Below are positions 1 to 11,700 of a DNA stretch of 64,000 nucleotides, piece after piece; position 1 is the first letter of the stretch; the number at the start of each line of letters is the position of its first letter. The stretch lies in contig CP089277.1 in assembly GCA_023920165.1 (NCBI GenBank), positions 1,984,001 through 2,048,000 on the forward strand, in the 5' to 3' direction. The notes beneath the pieces were generated by a model. That model did not search any database. It worked only from the letters and a program-made list of their open reading frames with translations, and had not been told where the DNA came from. Source of the DNA: Curvularia clavata (Eukaryota). Position numbers and translations under genes: made by a program.

Positions 1-80
1 AACTATAATAAAGAGGGGACCCCAGATGTTCATCTGATGCTTGTTGTTTTTATGACCGCTGCAGAGGGAAGCGCGTTGGC

Positions 81-1995
81 ATGATGGCGACACCGTACGA
101 GAATGAGAAGATTTCCGCCCACGATGCGGCGCAGATTTCCGAACACCACACCAAGCCCAGCGCCGCAGCCACCATGGACCCTGAGAGGAGAAAGCAGGTC
201 GAGAAGTCGCTGAAGCGCAAGTTGGACGCGCGATGCTCGCTTTTTGTGTTGATTTACATCATGAACTGTAAGATAAGCCATCAAATTCAAAAATCTGCAC
301 GCAAGCTTGGATCGCCAAGATTATGTATCTGTTCTTCATTCTAATCTTGACTATCAGATCTCGATCGAAACAACATTGCAGCAGCGCGTCTCGGCGGCCT
401 TGAGGCAGACCTTGGTCTCACCCCTACACAATACTCGACCTGTCTGAGTATTCTCTACGTTGGCTACATTTTGATGCAAGTCCCGTCGAACATGATTATT
501 AACATCATCCCTCGGCCATCACTCTACATCTCGGTTGTTATGCTGGTATGAAAAAAAATCTAATCCATGAAATATCCTTAATCCGATTTGCTGATATTGG
601 CTATTTTGAACAGCTCTGGGGAATGATCAGCACACTCAGCGGCAACGTGAACGACTTTGGCGGCATGGTGGCCATTCGATTCTGCATTGGATTCGTCGAG
701 GCAGCCTTCTTGTAAGATTTGCCTTTGCCGTACCTGCGTATTCTAAGCAAAGATCTAACATGGTGTATTTAAGGCCCGGAGCGTTGCTCATCCTCTCCAA
801 ATGGTACACTCGACGCGAACTCACGCTCCGAAACGCCATTCTTTTCTGCGGCAACCTCATCTCGAACGCCTTTTCATCTCTTGTAGGCGCAGCTGTTTTG
901 GGTAACATGGAGGGAACTCTAGGCCACCAAGTAAGTTGAAAAAGTTATTCCAGACACTTGACAAAAAACTAACAAATGCCAGGCTTGGAGATGGCTGTAC
1001 TGGTAAGAATCAAAACTTGTTTAGAAAAAAAAAGCATGTCTATATACTAACAAACTCCCCAGGATCGAAGGCGCCGCAACCATGGCCATCGCTATCTCGG
1101 CCGCATTTATCCTCCCCGACCTTCCACACAACACCCGTGGCTTCACCGAAGAAGAACGCGCTGTCGCCGTCCTCCGCATGACCGAAGACGTAGGCGAAGC
1201 CGACCAGGATTCCGCCGAGCAATCCCCCTTTGCAGGTCTCTTCATGGCCATCAAAGATGTAAAGATTTACGTTTTGATGCTCACTTTCACTGCCTACGTG
1301 ACGGGTCTCTCCTTCAACGCCTACTTCCCCAGTCTAACAAAGACACTCGGTTTCGGCTACATCACTACGCTGCTCATGAGCGCCCCTCCATGGGCTTTCG
1401 CCTGTATCGTCAGTTTGGTCAATGCATGGCACTCGGATCGTCAGCAGGAGCGTTGCTGGCACATTGTCGGCCCCATTTGTGTGGGTATTGTTGGATTTGT
1501 GATTTCCATGGCGACCGCCAACACGGCTGCTCGCTATGTCGCGCTTTTCCTGCAGGCCTCGTCGTACGCGGGATTCATTGTTTTTTACTCGTGGATCTCG
1601 TCGTCTTTCCCACGTCCGCCTGCGAAGCGCGCCGTCGCAATTGCTATGATTAATGCGTTTAGTCAGCGTAAGTTTCCATTCCTCTCCCTTGTGTCGTCAT
1701 GTAAAAGACTGGTTTACTAACTTTCACAGTTGGCAACATCGCCGGTTCTTACGTCTGGAACATGTCCGCCAACGGATACCGCAACAGCTATGGCATTGTC
1801 ACCGCCATGTTTGGCACCACGATTATCGGATGTTTGATTTTCAGGTTCATCCTTAAGCGGCTGAATAAGAGGCTGGATGAGGGTGTCGATGCGTGGGTTG
1901 TGCATGGTGATGTGGCGGAGCAAACTGCTGCGATGGAGGGTGTGAGCGTAGAAGAGGGCAAGAAGATGATGGGTGGATTTAGGTATCTGGTTTGA
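81..1995 (+). CDS. MFS transporter, anion:cation symporter (Dal5/Tna1-like) family, 7 exons
   Basis: Introns 268-357, 546-613, 712-773, 931-982, 1003-1062 and 1668-1729 restore MNYLDRNNIAAARL, GFVEAAFLPG, WYTRRELTLR, AWRWLYWIEG and SQLGNIAG, which are typical ACS-family motifs. Confidence 0.92.
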
Positions 1996-2342
1996 GAGAT
2001 TGGAGCGGGAAATAATTGAGAGATGAGGGTAGATTGCGTAAAGCAGAAAGTTAAAAATGAGGAGCTTGAGATATGACATGACCTATTTGTTTTGATGAAG
2101 TTATTCAACATTTTAAGCTGGTGGCCAAAAACAGCCAAACATTATTTGGTGTCTTGATCATTGATAAGTACCTCGGAAGCTAATGACGACTAAGTATCTA
2201 ACTAGAATGTGGCTATTTCAATATGGCTAGTATGTACGTATCTCAATTAACCTAAATATAGTCTAGACAGAAGCTGTGCATATGACGCATATCCAGCACC
2301 TTCACCGGAACCAGTATGTCCAGCCTACACAGTACCACAATC

Positions 2343-4084
2343 TCACAAGCCTTCCTGCTCATTGAGCTTGGTGCCCTTCTCAACAAGAGCCTCAACCCAT
2401 CCATTGAACTCTTGTCTCATCTCAGCCGGAATGACATGGCCCTGTCCCTTGATAAAGTGCTTCTCGATTTCGCCCTGCTGCCAGACGTCGTCTTCTTCCT
2501 CAATACCTAGCCAATTCTCCTTGCCAGTCACGCCTTCGCCCTTCTCGAGACCCCTCCACAAGACGACGCCCAGTGGGAAAGTCAGCATGCGATCCTTTGA
2601 GCCATGAACAACCATGATTCTGTTTTTGCCAACCGTCTGCGCAATTTGCTGCAGCTGCTGTGGACTCTTGTGGTGCCAGCCGGCTGCAATGGCCTGCAGG
2701 ATGAAGGGCTTCTTGGAGAAGTACTCTGGGTGCTGGCGTTTCCACAGCTCGTTTGCAGCAAAGCGGTCACCATTGGTGGGGAAGGCTTGTACGACGGGTT
2801 CAAGCGTATCAGGTGCATCCAGCCACTCCTGAGTATACAAGTTCTTCTTGACACCTTCAATCTGCGTATCAAGCGACTTGGGGATAAAAAGGTTGGCACG
2901 GTTCCAAAGATTTTCCAAAAAGCCCTGCAGGGGTCAATTAACGTCAGTTTTCAATGAAGTAGACTAGGGGTAAGTCCGAAGCAAAGATACGACTCACCGT
3001 GGTTCTGAAGAGCTGTGCAGCCGTTGATACAAGTGATAAGGTGCATATGCGTTCCGGTATCAACATTGCCTATACCATGGTCAGCACCAAACCAGCTTGA
3101 AGTGCATACGTCATGATCGGAATCACGACTATGTTTTCATGACTCTTGTGCGCAGGTTCGGAAATACAAATGTAATATGCACGGCGAATAGGTCAGCGTG
3201 CCGCAAGGTAGAAAGCCGGGCGAAAAACGGAACTGTGGCTTAGATTGCAGGGCCAAACATGGTGTCAGAAAGGTAAATGTTCCTTTTCTTGACGCGCTTG
3301 GTGTCTGCAGTTTGGGTGTTTGTGTATCGGTTGGCGGAACGTCGAGTATCCGGCCCCTGCACTTGAAAGGGCGGTAGTTGAGTGCCGAGGATAGAGGACG
3401 GAACTTACCATTTCTTGGGCGATCATACCTCCCATGCTGATACCAATAATATGCAGCTCGCGTTTTCCGGTCCAGCCAATGTGGTCAATGACCTCAATCA
3501 AGTCCTTTGCCATTTCGGACGTCGAGTATCTCGATGTGGGCTTGTCAGAATCACCAATGCCGCGATTGTCGGTGACGAGCGACGAATACTGATGGCCTTT
3601 GGTATGGGCAAAGTCCTTTGTCTGGCGCTGCCAGGCGTACTTCATGCCGCCGAGGCCTGAACAACGTTCAGCGGTCTTGTCTTGCCTCGACAGGGCTCTA
3701 CTTACCCATGACCCACTACATGATGTTAATTTGGGGTTTCAATGTGTGCGTATTCGGACAACGAGAGGGAAGCGTGGTCAGCAAGGTGAGACGCCGGGCA
3801 GATGGTTGAGACGGCCAATGCAACCGAAACGAAACGGTTACAGGAGAGAGGTGATGATGGCTGCATGCCTCAGGTGCAGCAGACGGCGAAATAGTCATAG
3901 CAAAAATGGGACCACTCACCACAAGGTGTCGATGGCCGTTGCCATGAAGCTCGTATGCGATATTAAAGGGACCGCCCCGATCTTTGGCCACGGGCACCTT
4001 GCCCTGGCTGTGGGGCTTAAGGTCCCAGATGGTGTGGGGGTACTCTGGGTGCTGGAGCAGCTCGTCGACCGTCATGGGTGCCAT
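2343..4084 (-). CDS. alpha/beta-hydrolase fold protein, 5 exons including a 10-nt microexon
   Basis: Exons 4084-3920, 3715-3706, 3656-3409, 3069-2998 and 2924-2343 give IAYELHG..WVMGLGG (oxyanion), DNRGIGDS, GISMGG (nucleophile elbow), HGSKD and GQGH. Confidence 0.88.
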
Positions 4085-4806
4085 GGTTGGTACTGGACTG
4101 GTGGGCGTGGTAGCGAGTTAGCACTGTACGGGTAGTGCTTTGGGTGTACCTAGTGCAGCCGTCTGAAAGGCTACGGGATGGGAAGGTGGCGCAGCAACGC
4201 GTTTGTGGCGTCATCAAGGAACCAAGTCGCGCGTTGGGGCCCAAGCGCCAACCCAATCAGGATAAATAAGCGAGCGGGTGGTGATACGGGGCAAGCGTGC
4301 CGTACGCGTAGTCCGTCTTGGGCGCAGGGAGCTTGGCGCCGCTGCAGCTGCAAGGGCGTCTACACTGGCCTTTTCTCTGAGTGGCAGGCAAAAGACGCGG
4401 CGGGTGAGCGGCCGAGCAAAGCAATGGTTAGGGGCACACGCAGTCGGGGATTTTCAGCGGTCGGCGGCGGGGCGGGTGCGAGTGTGGGACGTCATTGGGG
4501 GGGGGAGGGCCGGGGCAAAGGCATGGTGGCTAGGCCAGTCTGCGACAGTCAGCCTCAGGTCCCCGGGCATGCCATGCGCAGTTGCGTTTCATCTTTCTCG
4601 AGCAACGCTGGGCCCCTCCGCATAACCCGACGCAGATCCCCCCTCGCACCGCTGTAGACAATCTTCACCACCCCTCTCACGGTGTCTACCACCACCGCAT
4701 CGACGCCGACGACGCTGCCGAAGCCGCCGCTGTCGCTGCTGCTGCTAACGGCCACAGCCACACTCGCTCTCACCACTACCACCACCACGACTCCAACGAC
4801 ATCACC

Positions 4807-7800
4807 ATGGACCCCTCCCATGCTGGCTTCTATGCCACCGGCCCGTCAATGATGAACCCTCCACCTCAGGTATTCGGTAACGGCACCTTCGACGCTTCGC
4901 AACTGCCGCAGGGCAACATGTTCGCCCACGATGACCTCGACGACCACAACGACGGAGGCGACGCCAAAAGGCGGCGCATTGCACGGGTACGCACACCCGG
5001 CCGCTGGACAGCCATGCACATGGCCGTACATAGCAGCCCGCCCTGGTGCTGACAAGTGCTGTAGGCATGCGACATGTGTCGCAAGAAGAAGATCAAGTGC
5101 GACGGCAAGATGCCCTCGTGCACACACTGCCAAAACTACAAGACCGAGTGCATCTTCACTCAAGTGGAGAAGAAGCGCCAGCCGCCAAAGGGGTGCGTGT
5201 AGCCACTGCATTGCTGCTTGTCCGCCAACACCCAACTGACTGTCTCTAGCGCAAAGTACATCGAGGGCCTCGAGAACCGCCTCGCACGTATGGAATCCCT
5301 TATGCGCCTTTCAGGTGTCCTTCCCGAAGACGACGACGGCAGCACCGATCTGGCGACGCTCGAGAAGCGTCTCGAGGCAAGAGCCGGCCGTTCGGCTACA
5401 CCCAGAACCAGCAGTGTCCACGAGAGGAGAGTGTCAGTAGCCCCCCAGCCCACGACTGAAGACGCGGCAACACAACCGTCTCTACCCAGCCCCACAAGCG
5501 GTGTTGCATCTCCGACCCCGGATGACCAGTCAGGCGAAGCCAAGGATAAGGAGGAGGATGCTCTGGCCGAGATGATGTGCTCCTTGGTCACCAACAACTG
5601 CGGCGAGACTAGATACATTGGTACGTCCTCGTGGCTACGCTCACACTATACTAGACTAACCCCACCCAGGCTCCTCGTCCGGCTTCTCCATCTTCTCACC
5701 CAAGGGTATCCAGTGGGTCAACGAGAAGACAGGCGACAACTCATTCCGTGACATGATTTCCACAGCTGCCGTCGAGGACAACAAGTGGATACAATGGCGG
5801 CCAGACGTCTTCCAGGACATCTTCAAGCGACGTGTGTACAAGCAATTACCACCCAAGCATGAGGCTCTGTCACTGCTCAAGGACTACTTTGAAAACTTCA
5901 ACTGCATGTTCCCGCTATTTCACGAACCCACCTTCATGCATCTCGTGGACAAGCACTACTCCAAAGATCCGTATGAAGGCTCCGGCTGGTGGGCCAGTTT
6001 GAACGTGGCTCTGGCCTTCGCCCATAGGCTGCGTGTCATGAGCAATCTTGTGCCTGCTGAAGAAGACGAAAAGGCTTGGCAATATCTCAAGAATGCCATG
6101 AGCGTCATGGTTGAACTTACTATGCGCAATACGGACCTCCTCAGTGTGCAGGCTTTATTAGGAGTGGTAAGACCTGGAAAATTCAACCCCTCCGTACATT
6201 AGTCGCCTAACAACATATAGGGCCTCTTTCTGCTAGGAACACCCAACCCCCAGCCCACCTACTTCTTCGTTGCTACTGCCATGCGGCTGGCGCATAGCAT
6301 TGGTCTTCACAAGAAGGGCTCTAACTTCAGCCTCAACGCCGCAGAAGTAGAGCAGCGGAGACGTGTCTTTTGGATTGCATACATGCTCGACAAAGAGTGA
6401 GCCACAGATTACCCTCCACACTCTTCTTTTTTCGTTCTTCTACTGACCCTGCCAAGCATCTGTCTGCGTTCCGGTAGACCCCCTGTACAGGACGACGATG
6501 ACATGAACGTCGAGCTCCCAAGTGAGACACCGCCCGACAACATCGGCAACATCCCCCTCGCCGACGGCAAGGGCACCATGAACCTCTTCCGCCTGATGTG
6601 CACCTTCTCTGTAATCCAGAGCAAGGTTTACAAAGGCTTGTATTCTGTCAAGGCTTCTAAGCAGACCGACGGCGAACTTCTCAACACCATTGGTGAACTG
6701 GACAAGGAGCTCGAGGCCTGGAAAGACGGCATCCCCCTCGAGTTCCGCCCAGAACACGACATCAAAGCATCCCATACGCCGCTTATCCTTCAGGTTGCCG
6801 TACTCCATCTCGGCTACTACAATTGCTTGACTACCATCCACCGTATGAGTGTCCACCATGGATACTGGACCAGCCGACTGTCGAATTTTGCCATCCAAGG
6901 GTTGAACGCACGACCTCTGAATCCCAGAGTGTTCATGTCGGCTCAGCTCTGCGTGCAGGCCGCTCGAGCTTCGATCCACCTGCTCAAGTACATACCAAAG
7001 GGTGACTTGTCATGCGTTTGGCTAGTCATTTACTTCCCCGTTACCGCCCTTGTCACGCTTTTCGCGAACATCCTACAGAACCCACAAGACACACGGTCAC
7101 GGTCGGACCTCAAGCTCATGAAGTTGGTTGTCAACTTCTTAAATATGCTTAACGACGACCAGGGAAGTGGCAGCGTAAAGCGAATGTGCACTGTCTGCGC
7201 CGAATTCGAGCGAATTGCGTCCCAGGTACTAGAAAAGGCCGATCGCGAGCACGCATCTCGACGCAAGAGGAAGCAAGGCGATAGCGAACAAGATGCGCAG
7301 ATTGAAGCGACTGCTGCCGAGTTGCTCTCTACTGGGAACCGTAACAATTCGCACTCATCGCCACAACAGGTCGCCACACCACAAAACAACAACGCCTCAG
7401 AAGGCATGATCTTTAACCCAGACTTCCATGGATTTAATGAGGTTTGTTCGCCTAGCCTTTGGAGATTCTGACGCTGACATTGCTAGCCATTCCCTTTTTC
7501 ACCAAACTTTACACATGCATCGTTACAGCCTAACGTCCAAATGAGCCAGTATGGCTCACCCGGAATCACTGCGCAAATGCTTCAGCAACAACAGAGTCTT
7601 CCGATGACGACTAATTCCGATGTGAATGGGATAAGCTCCAACATCAATGCCATGGCTGCCATGGGTCAGTTTGAACAGACCTTCAACAACGTCCCACAAG
7701 ACCTCTGGAAGATGCCCATGACGCTTGAGTGGGATTGGGCAGATATGACTGGTGGCTTTTCAGGCTACGAGGATGGTATAAGTATGAACGGTGTTCTTCC

Positions 7801-7873
7801 CGACTTTGCCAACAACACGGGCCATGGAACGAGTGAATTCAACCAAAGCGCTATGAATGGTGGACGTCGCTGA
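4807..7873 (+). CDS. atrR: Zn(II)2Cys6 fungal transcription factor, AtrR-like (ABC transporter/cyp51 regulator), multi-exon
   Basis: Spliced [62 protein letters not shown] matches my recollection of Aspergillus AtrR. The fungal TF middle-homology region ([18 protein letters not shown]) follows. About 6 GT-AG introns. Confidence 0.85.
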
Positions 7874-8424
7874 TGGAGCTGTTCCGACTCCGTTGCCATG
7901 CAGACTTGCTTTTTTGCCAACAATTGTACAACATACACGATTACGTGGCCTAGATGGATGCCACAAGGATGCTTGCCATGAATCAATATGGCGCGCATCA
8001 TGACCAAGTTTTTACTGTTTAAGCCTTGCCATGGATTCCTGTTGGCATGGGTTGTTGAATTCTAATATAACGGACGCTTTGTAGTACGATATTTCGAGGT
8101 CCAAGTACACAGCTATTGTAATGATAAAGCTTACTCGCCATGCTCGATACTTGCCCAAGTGGGGCACATGCATATGCTCAGCTCACACCTTCGACGAATA
8201 TACGCCTGCGGTTTTCGTTGGCGCCAGACTAGAGACGGGCGCTATCAAGTCATGTAGTCATAGGATCTTCACTGTACAGTTTCGTAGTTATGATGCTGCA
8301 GATCAACTCAACCTACTTCTTGTCCTTCTATCCACTGTGAAGTAACTATATCTGCCTCAGATTTGACTTTTTCGGCACTCCAATCACAAACGCACAGTCT
8401 GGTGTGACTGTTCTTCCAGACATA

Positions 8425-9305
8425 ATGGTCAACATCACAGCATTGTTATCCACCTTAATCACGGCGAACCACATCTTGTCATACCACGACGTACTCGACT
8501 CATTTGGCCACGTCAGTGTCCGCAACCCCAAAACAAATACAACCTTCTTCATCGCATTGCAACTCGGTATGTAAAGCTCGAAACCGGCGTCATAGGTCTG
8601 CTTTTTCAGTCTAAAATTGCGTATCCTTACACATGCCCAGGCCCAGCAGTAGTCTCTGGCCCCTCGGACATCGGCGAGTATCTAATTTCCGATGGGTCAC
8701 CCGTGAATGGCACAGTAGGCGGTTACGCTGAGCGCTACATTCATAGCGAGATACTCAAAAGATATCCGGATGTGAATGCAGTCGTACACAGCCACGCCGA
8801 AGATGTCCTCCCTTATACCATCATCGACACGCAGGTTCAGCCTACTTATCACATGGCGGGCTTCCTTGGCTCTTCAGTCCCCGTCTTTGATATCGAGGAG
8901 GCATATGAAGAAAATGATCCGCGGGATTTGCTTGTCAATAGCCCTAGATTAGGCGCCGCACTCGCACAGACACTGGGTGTCAACGAAACGCAGCCTACCA
9001 GCCCAGCTCACAGCACAGTTCTGCAGCGCGGTCATGGTTTCGTTACCGTCGGAGAAAACATAGAACAAGTCACGGACTTTGCATACTATGTTGCGAGCAA
9101 TGCTCGTGTTCAGACCAAGGCGGTTCTGCTGGCGAATGCGCAGGGGTGTGGTGGGGTCAAGTATTTGAGTGCGCAGGAACGAATGGCTACGGCCGAGATG
9201 AATAGGTGGATTGTGTTCAAGCCATGGAATCAGTGGGTTTTTGAGGTGGAGAGGAGTGGTAGGTTTGTGAACACTTTGGGAACACCGCCGACGGGGGATG
9301 CGTAG
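8425..9305 (+). CDS. class II aldolase/adducin-head domain protein
   Basis: ATG 8425, intron 8567-8640. Motifs ANHILSYHDVLDSFGHVSVRNP, ERYIHSEI..VVHSHA and VLQRGHG (Zn-binding His set). Confidence 0.88.
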
Positions 9306-9821
9306 AATGGAGATTTAGAGAGGAGGCTAGTTGAACTTTCCTGTATTGTGTATCTACAATATGTTGATTTAGCAATGATCGATCCATACAATGTCAAATA
9401 AGTTTTTGGGACAGACTGTTCCCCAACTTGCTATGACATCATAATTGCTTTCCGAGAACAAGGGTTCACGATGCTGCTCTGGTGTTGAGATTTAGTCCAC
9501 AACGCACGTGGCGCTAGCGTCCCGCTGCCCCATCCAACGACGTCAACGCACTGCAAACCCCGGATCGCGCCTTTGAATCTCTTTGCCTTGTTTCCATCTC
9601 ATCGCGTCCTTTTTCCCAGACCCGCTTTACGATTTATGAAGCTGTGCTTCCAAACGACATATTTAGCAGTCTTCCAGATAACGCCCCGGCGCACGCGACC
9701 ACTTACAGCACTAGCGGCGTGATCTGCCTCCGCGTGCCTGCTACAAGGCTGGTTTGAGGCCAGGCGACACCATCTTTCCCTCACACTCTCTTTCTCTCCC
9801 GCATACATACAGACTGCCAAC

Positions 9822-10979
9822 ATGCCGCCACTCAAACTATCGATTCCAGAGGTGCACGAAGAGACACCGGACCAAAGCAAAGCCTACACAGCGTACACGA
9901 TCAAGATCGAGCATCCGTTTCCACGCGCAGCAACTACAACGTCCAAGCGCTACTCCGAGTTTTGTGCCCTCGACAGCGCGCTGCGCTCAGAAGTCGGCTC
10001 TCCACCGCCCGCAGCGCTGCCACCTAAATCATGGCTTGGTGGCTTCCTGGGCCTGGGCAGCACCGGCAGCTCCCCAGAAAATATTGAGAAGCGTCGTGCG
10101 GGTCTCGAAGCCTACCTGCGCGCCATCGAGACAGCAGAAGACGGGCGATGGCGAGTCTCCAAAGCATACAAGGCATTTCTGGGGTTGGGCGATAAGGAGG
10201 GAAGCAACGGAAAGAAAGTCAGCAGCCTACCGGGTTCGCAATTTGGCAAGGACAGAGTGAGGGATAGTTCGGATTGGCTGGACAAGCACGCCGAATTAAA
10301 GAGCAACCTGCAAGATGCACGACGGTGGTTGACGAAGCGCGAACAAGCCACAGCCGCAACGGCGCAACACGAAGCCGCCGCGAACGCAAAGAAGAGCTTA
10401 GTCAGAGCCAGCACCCTCATCTCCGCCTTAGACGAAGGACTCGCGCGCCTAGGCGGAAACAGCAGCACCGCCGACGACTGGAGCGGCGAGAAACTCGGCC
10501 AGGGCGAACTTCGTCGTCGCCGCGACGTTGTCAGTGGCCTGCGCAAGGAACGCGACGGCCTCGAATCCGTCCTCAACAGCATGGCCGTCAAAGCCGCCAT
10601 GTCCGGCTCCGGCTCCTCCGCTACACCCTCGACCTCCTCCGCCGCAGTCACAGAATCCCAAAAAGCAGGCCTTTTTAAGGGCGCCTCATCAGCTAAACCC
10701 TCCACCCGCCGCGTTCTCGGCGCTCCCGCACAAGAAACCGAGCGAACAAGGGAACTAGATAATGAAGGTGTCTTGCGCCTCCAACAACAAATCATCAAGG
10801 AACAGGACGAGGACCTCGTCGATTTAACCACCGTTGTGCGCCGCATGAAGGAAATGGGCGTGCAGATTAACGCTGAGCTGGTTGAGCAGAATGCGCTGCT
10901 GGGACTTTTCGAAGAGGATATCGAGCGTGTGGATGGCAAAGTCAAGATTGCGAAGAAGAGGATTGAGAAGATTAGATGA
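9822..10979 (+). CDS. VAM7: vacuolar soluble Qc-SNARE with N-terminal PX domain
   Basis: PX signature (YTAYTI..KRYSEF..LPPK..IEKRRAGLEAYL), C-terminal SNARE helix (EQDEDL..INAELVEQNALL) and no transmembrane anchor. Confidence 0.88.
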   Translation: MPPLKLSIPEVHEETPDQSKAYTAYTIKIEHPFPRAATTTSKRYSEFCALDSALRSEVGSPPPAALPPKSWLGGFLGLGSTGSSPENIEKRRAGLEAYLRAIETAEDGRWRVSKAYKAFLGLGDKEGSNGKKVSSLPGSQFGKDRVRDSSDWLDKHAELKSNLQDARRWLTKREQATAATAQHEAAANAKKSLVRASTLISALDEGLARLGGNSSTADDWSGEKLGQGELRRRRDVVSGLRKERDGLESVLNSMAVKAAMSGSGSSATPSTSSAAVTESQKAGLFKGASSAKPSTRRVLGAPAQETERTRELDNEGVLRLQQQIIKEQDEDLVDLTTVVRRMKEMGVQINAELVEQNALLGLFEEDIERVDGKVKIAKKRIEKIR

Positions 10980-11700
10980 GATGGCCTCATTTCACCTCCA
11001 CTGTGATATGTTCAGCGCTTCTTGGTTTGGTTTTTTTTGGGCGGTTTACCCATGTTGCATAGCATGCATGTGTGCATTTTGACTAGAATGCCGTTGTCCT
11101 CTTTTTGTTCGGGGCTATTACATGGCGTTGTCTAGGGGTTTGTCATAACAATTGGGCTAAAGGTATACAAAGCAATTTAATGAATGATACCCCTTCTCAC
11201 TTTTTTTTCTTGGCAACCAGAAAATGTGGTTTGGTTGGAGATTGGTGTCACTTGCATAGAAAGAAAGGAACAACGTCGTGTACGTGATTGAAATGAGGAG
11301 TGAGACGGATGTACGGACTGAGCAAACGAAGCAAACGACCATCCCCCCTACAAGACATGCCCATTTCCATGCTCAAGTCATCACGCCTTCCTCACAAACA
11401 GCGAGCTTCATTTCTTAGTATGTATATACCCCAAAATCTCGTATCATACCATCAAATCACTCCTCTCGGCGTAAGTGAACTGACCTCCTAGCACGGCACT
11501 AACCCGCAGGCGTTCTACTAAATCATGTACTATTAAACCATGCAAGTGCTAACAGCATAGGGAGAATAAAACAAACTACCAGCGTGCTGGGAGAAGCCCA
11601 GTTCGAATCGGTTGGGGGAAGTGGTTTGAGTTTTTGCCCCTTTTTTTTGGTGTGTGTTTTCAGTAGAAGTGAAACGGAGTATAATGAACATGTTTTTTTC

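Noticed and set aside
10112..10990. 292-aa minus-strand ORF
   Set aside because: Antisense shadow of VAM7, with no recognisable motifs.
11585..11620. Hairpin followed by GTTCGAATC (tRNA T-loop/B-box-like)
   Set aside because: No acceptor, D or anticodon stems could be built around it.
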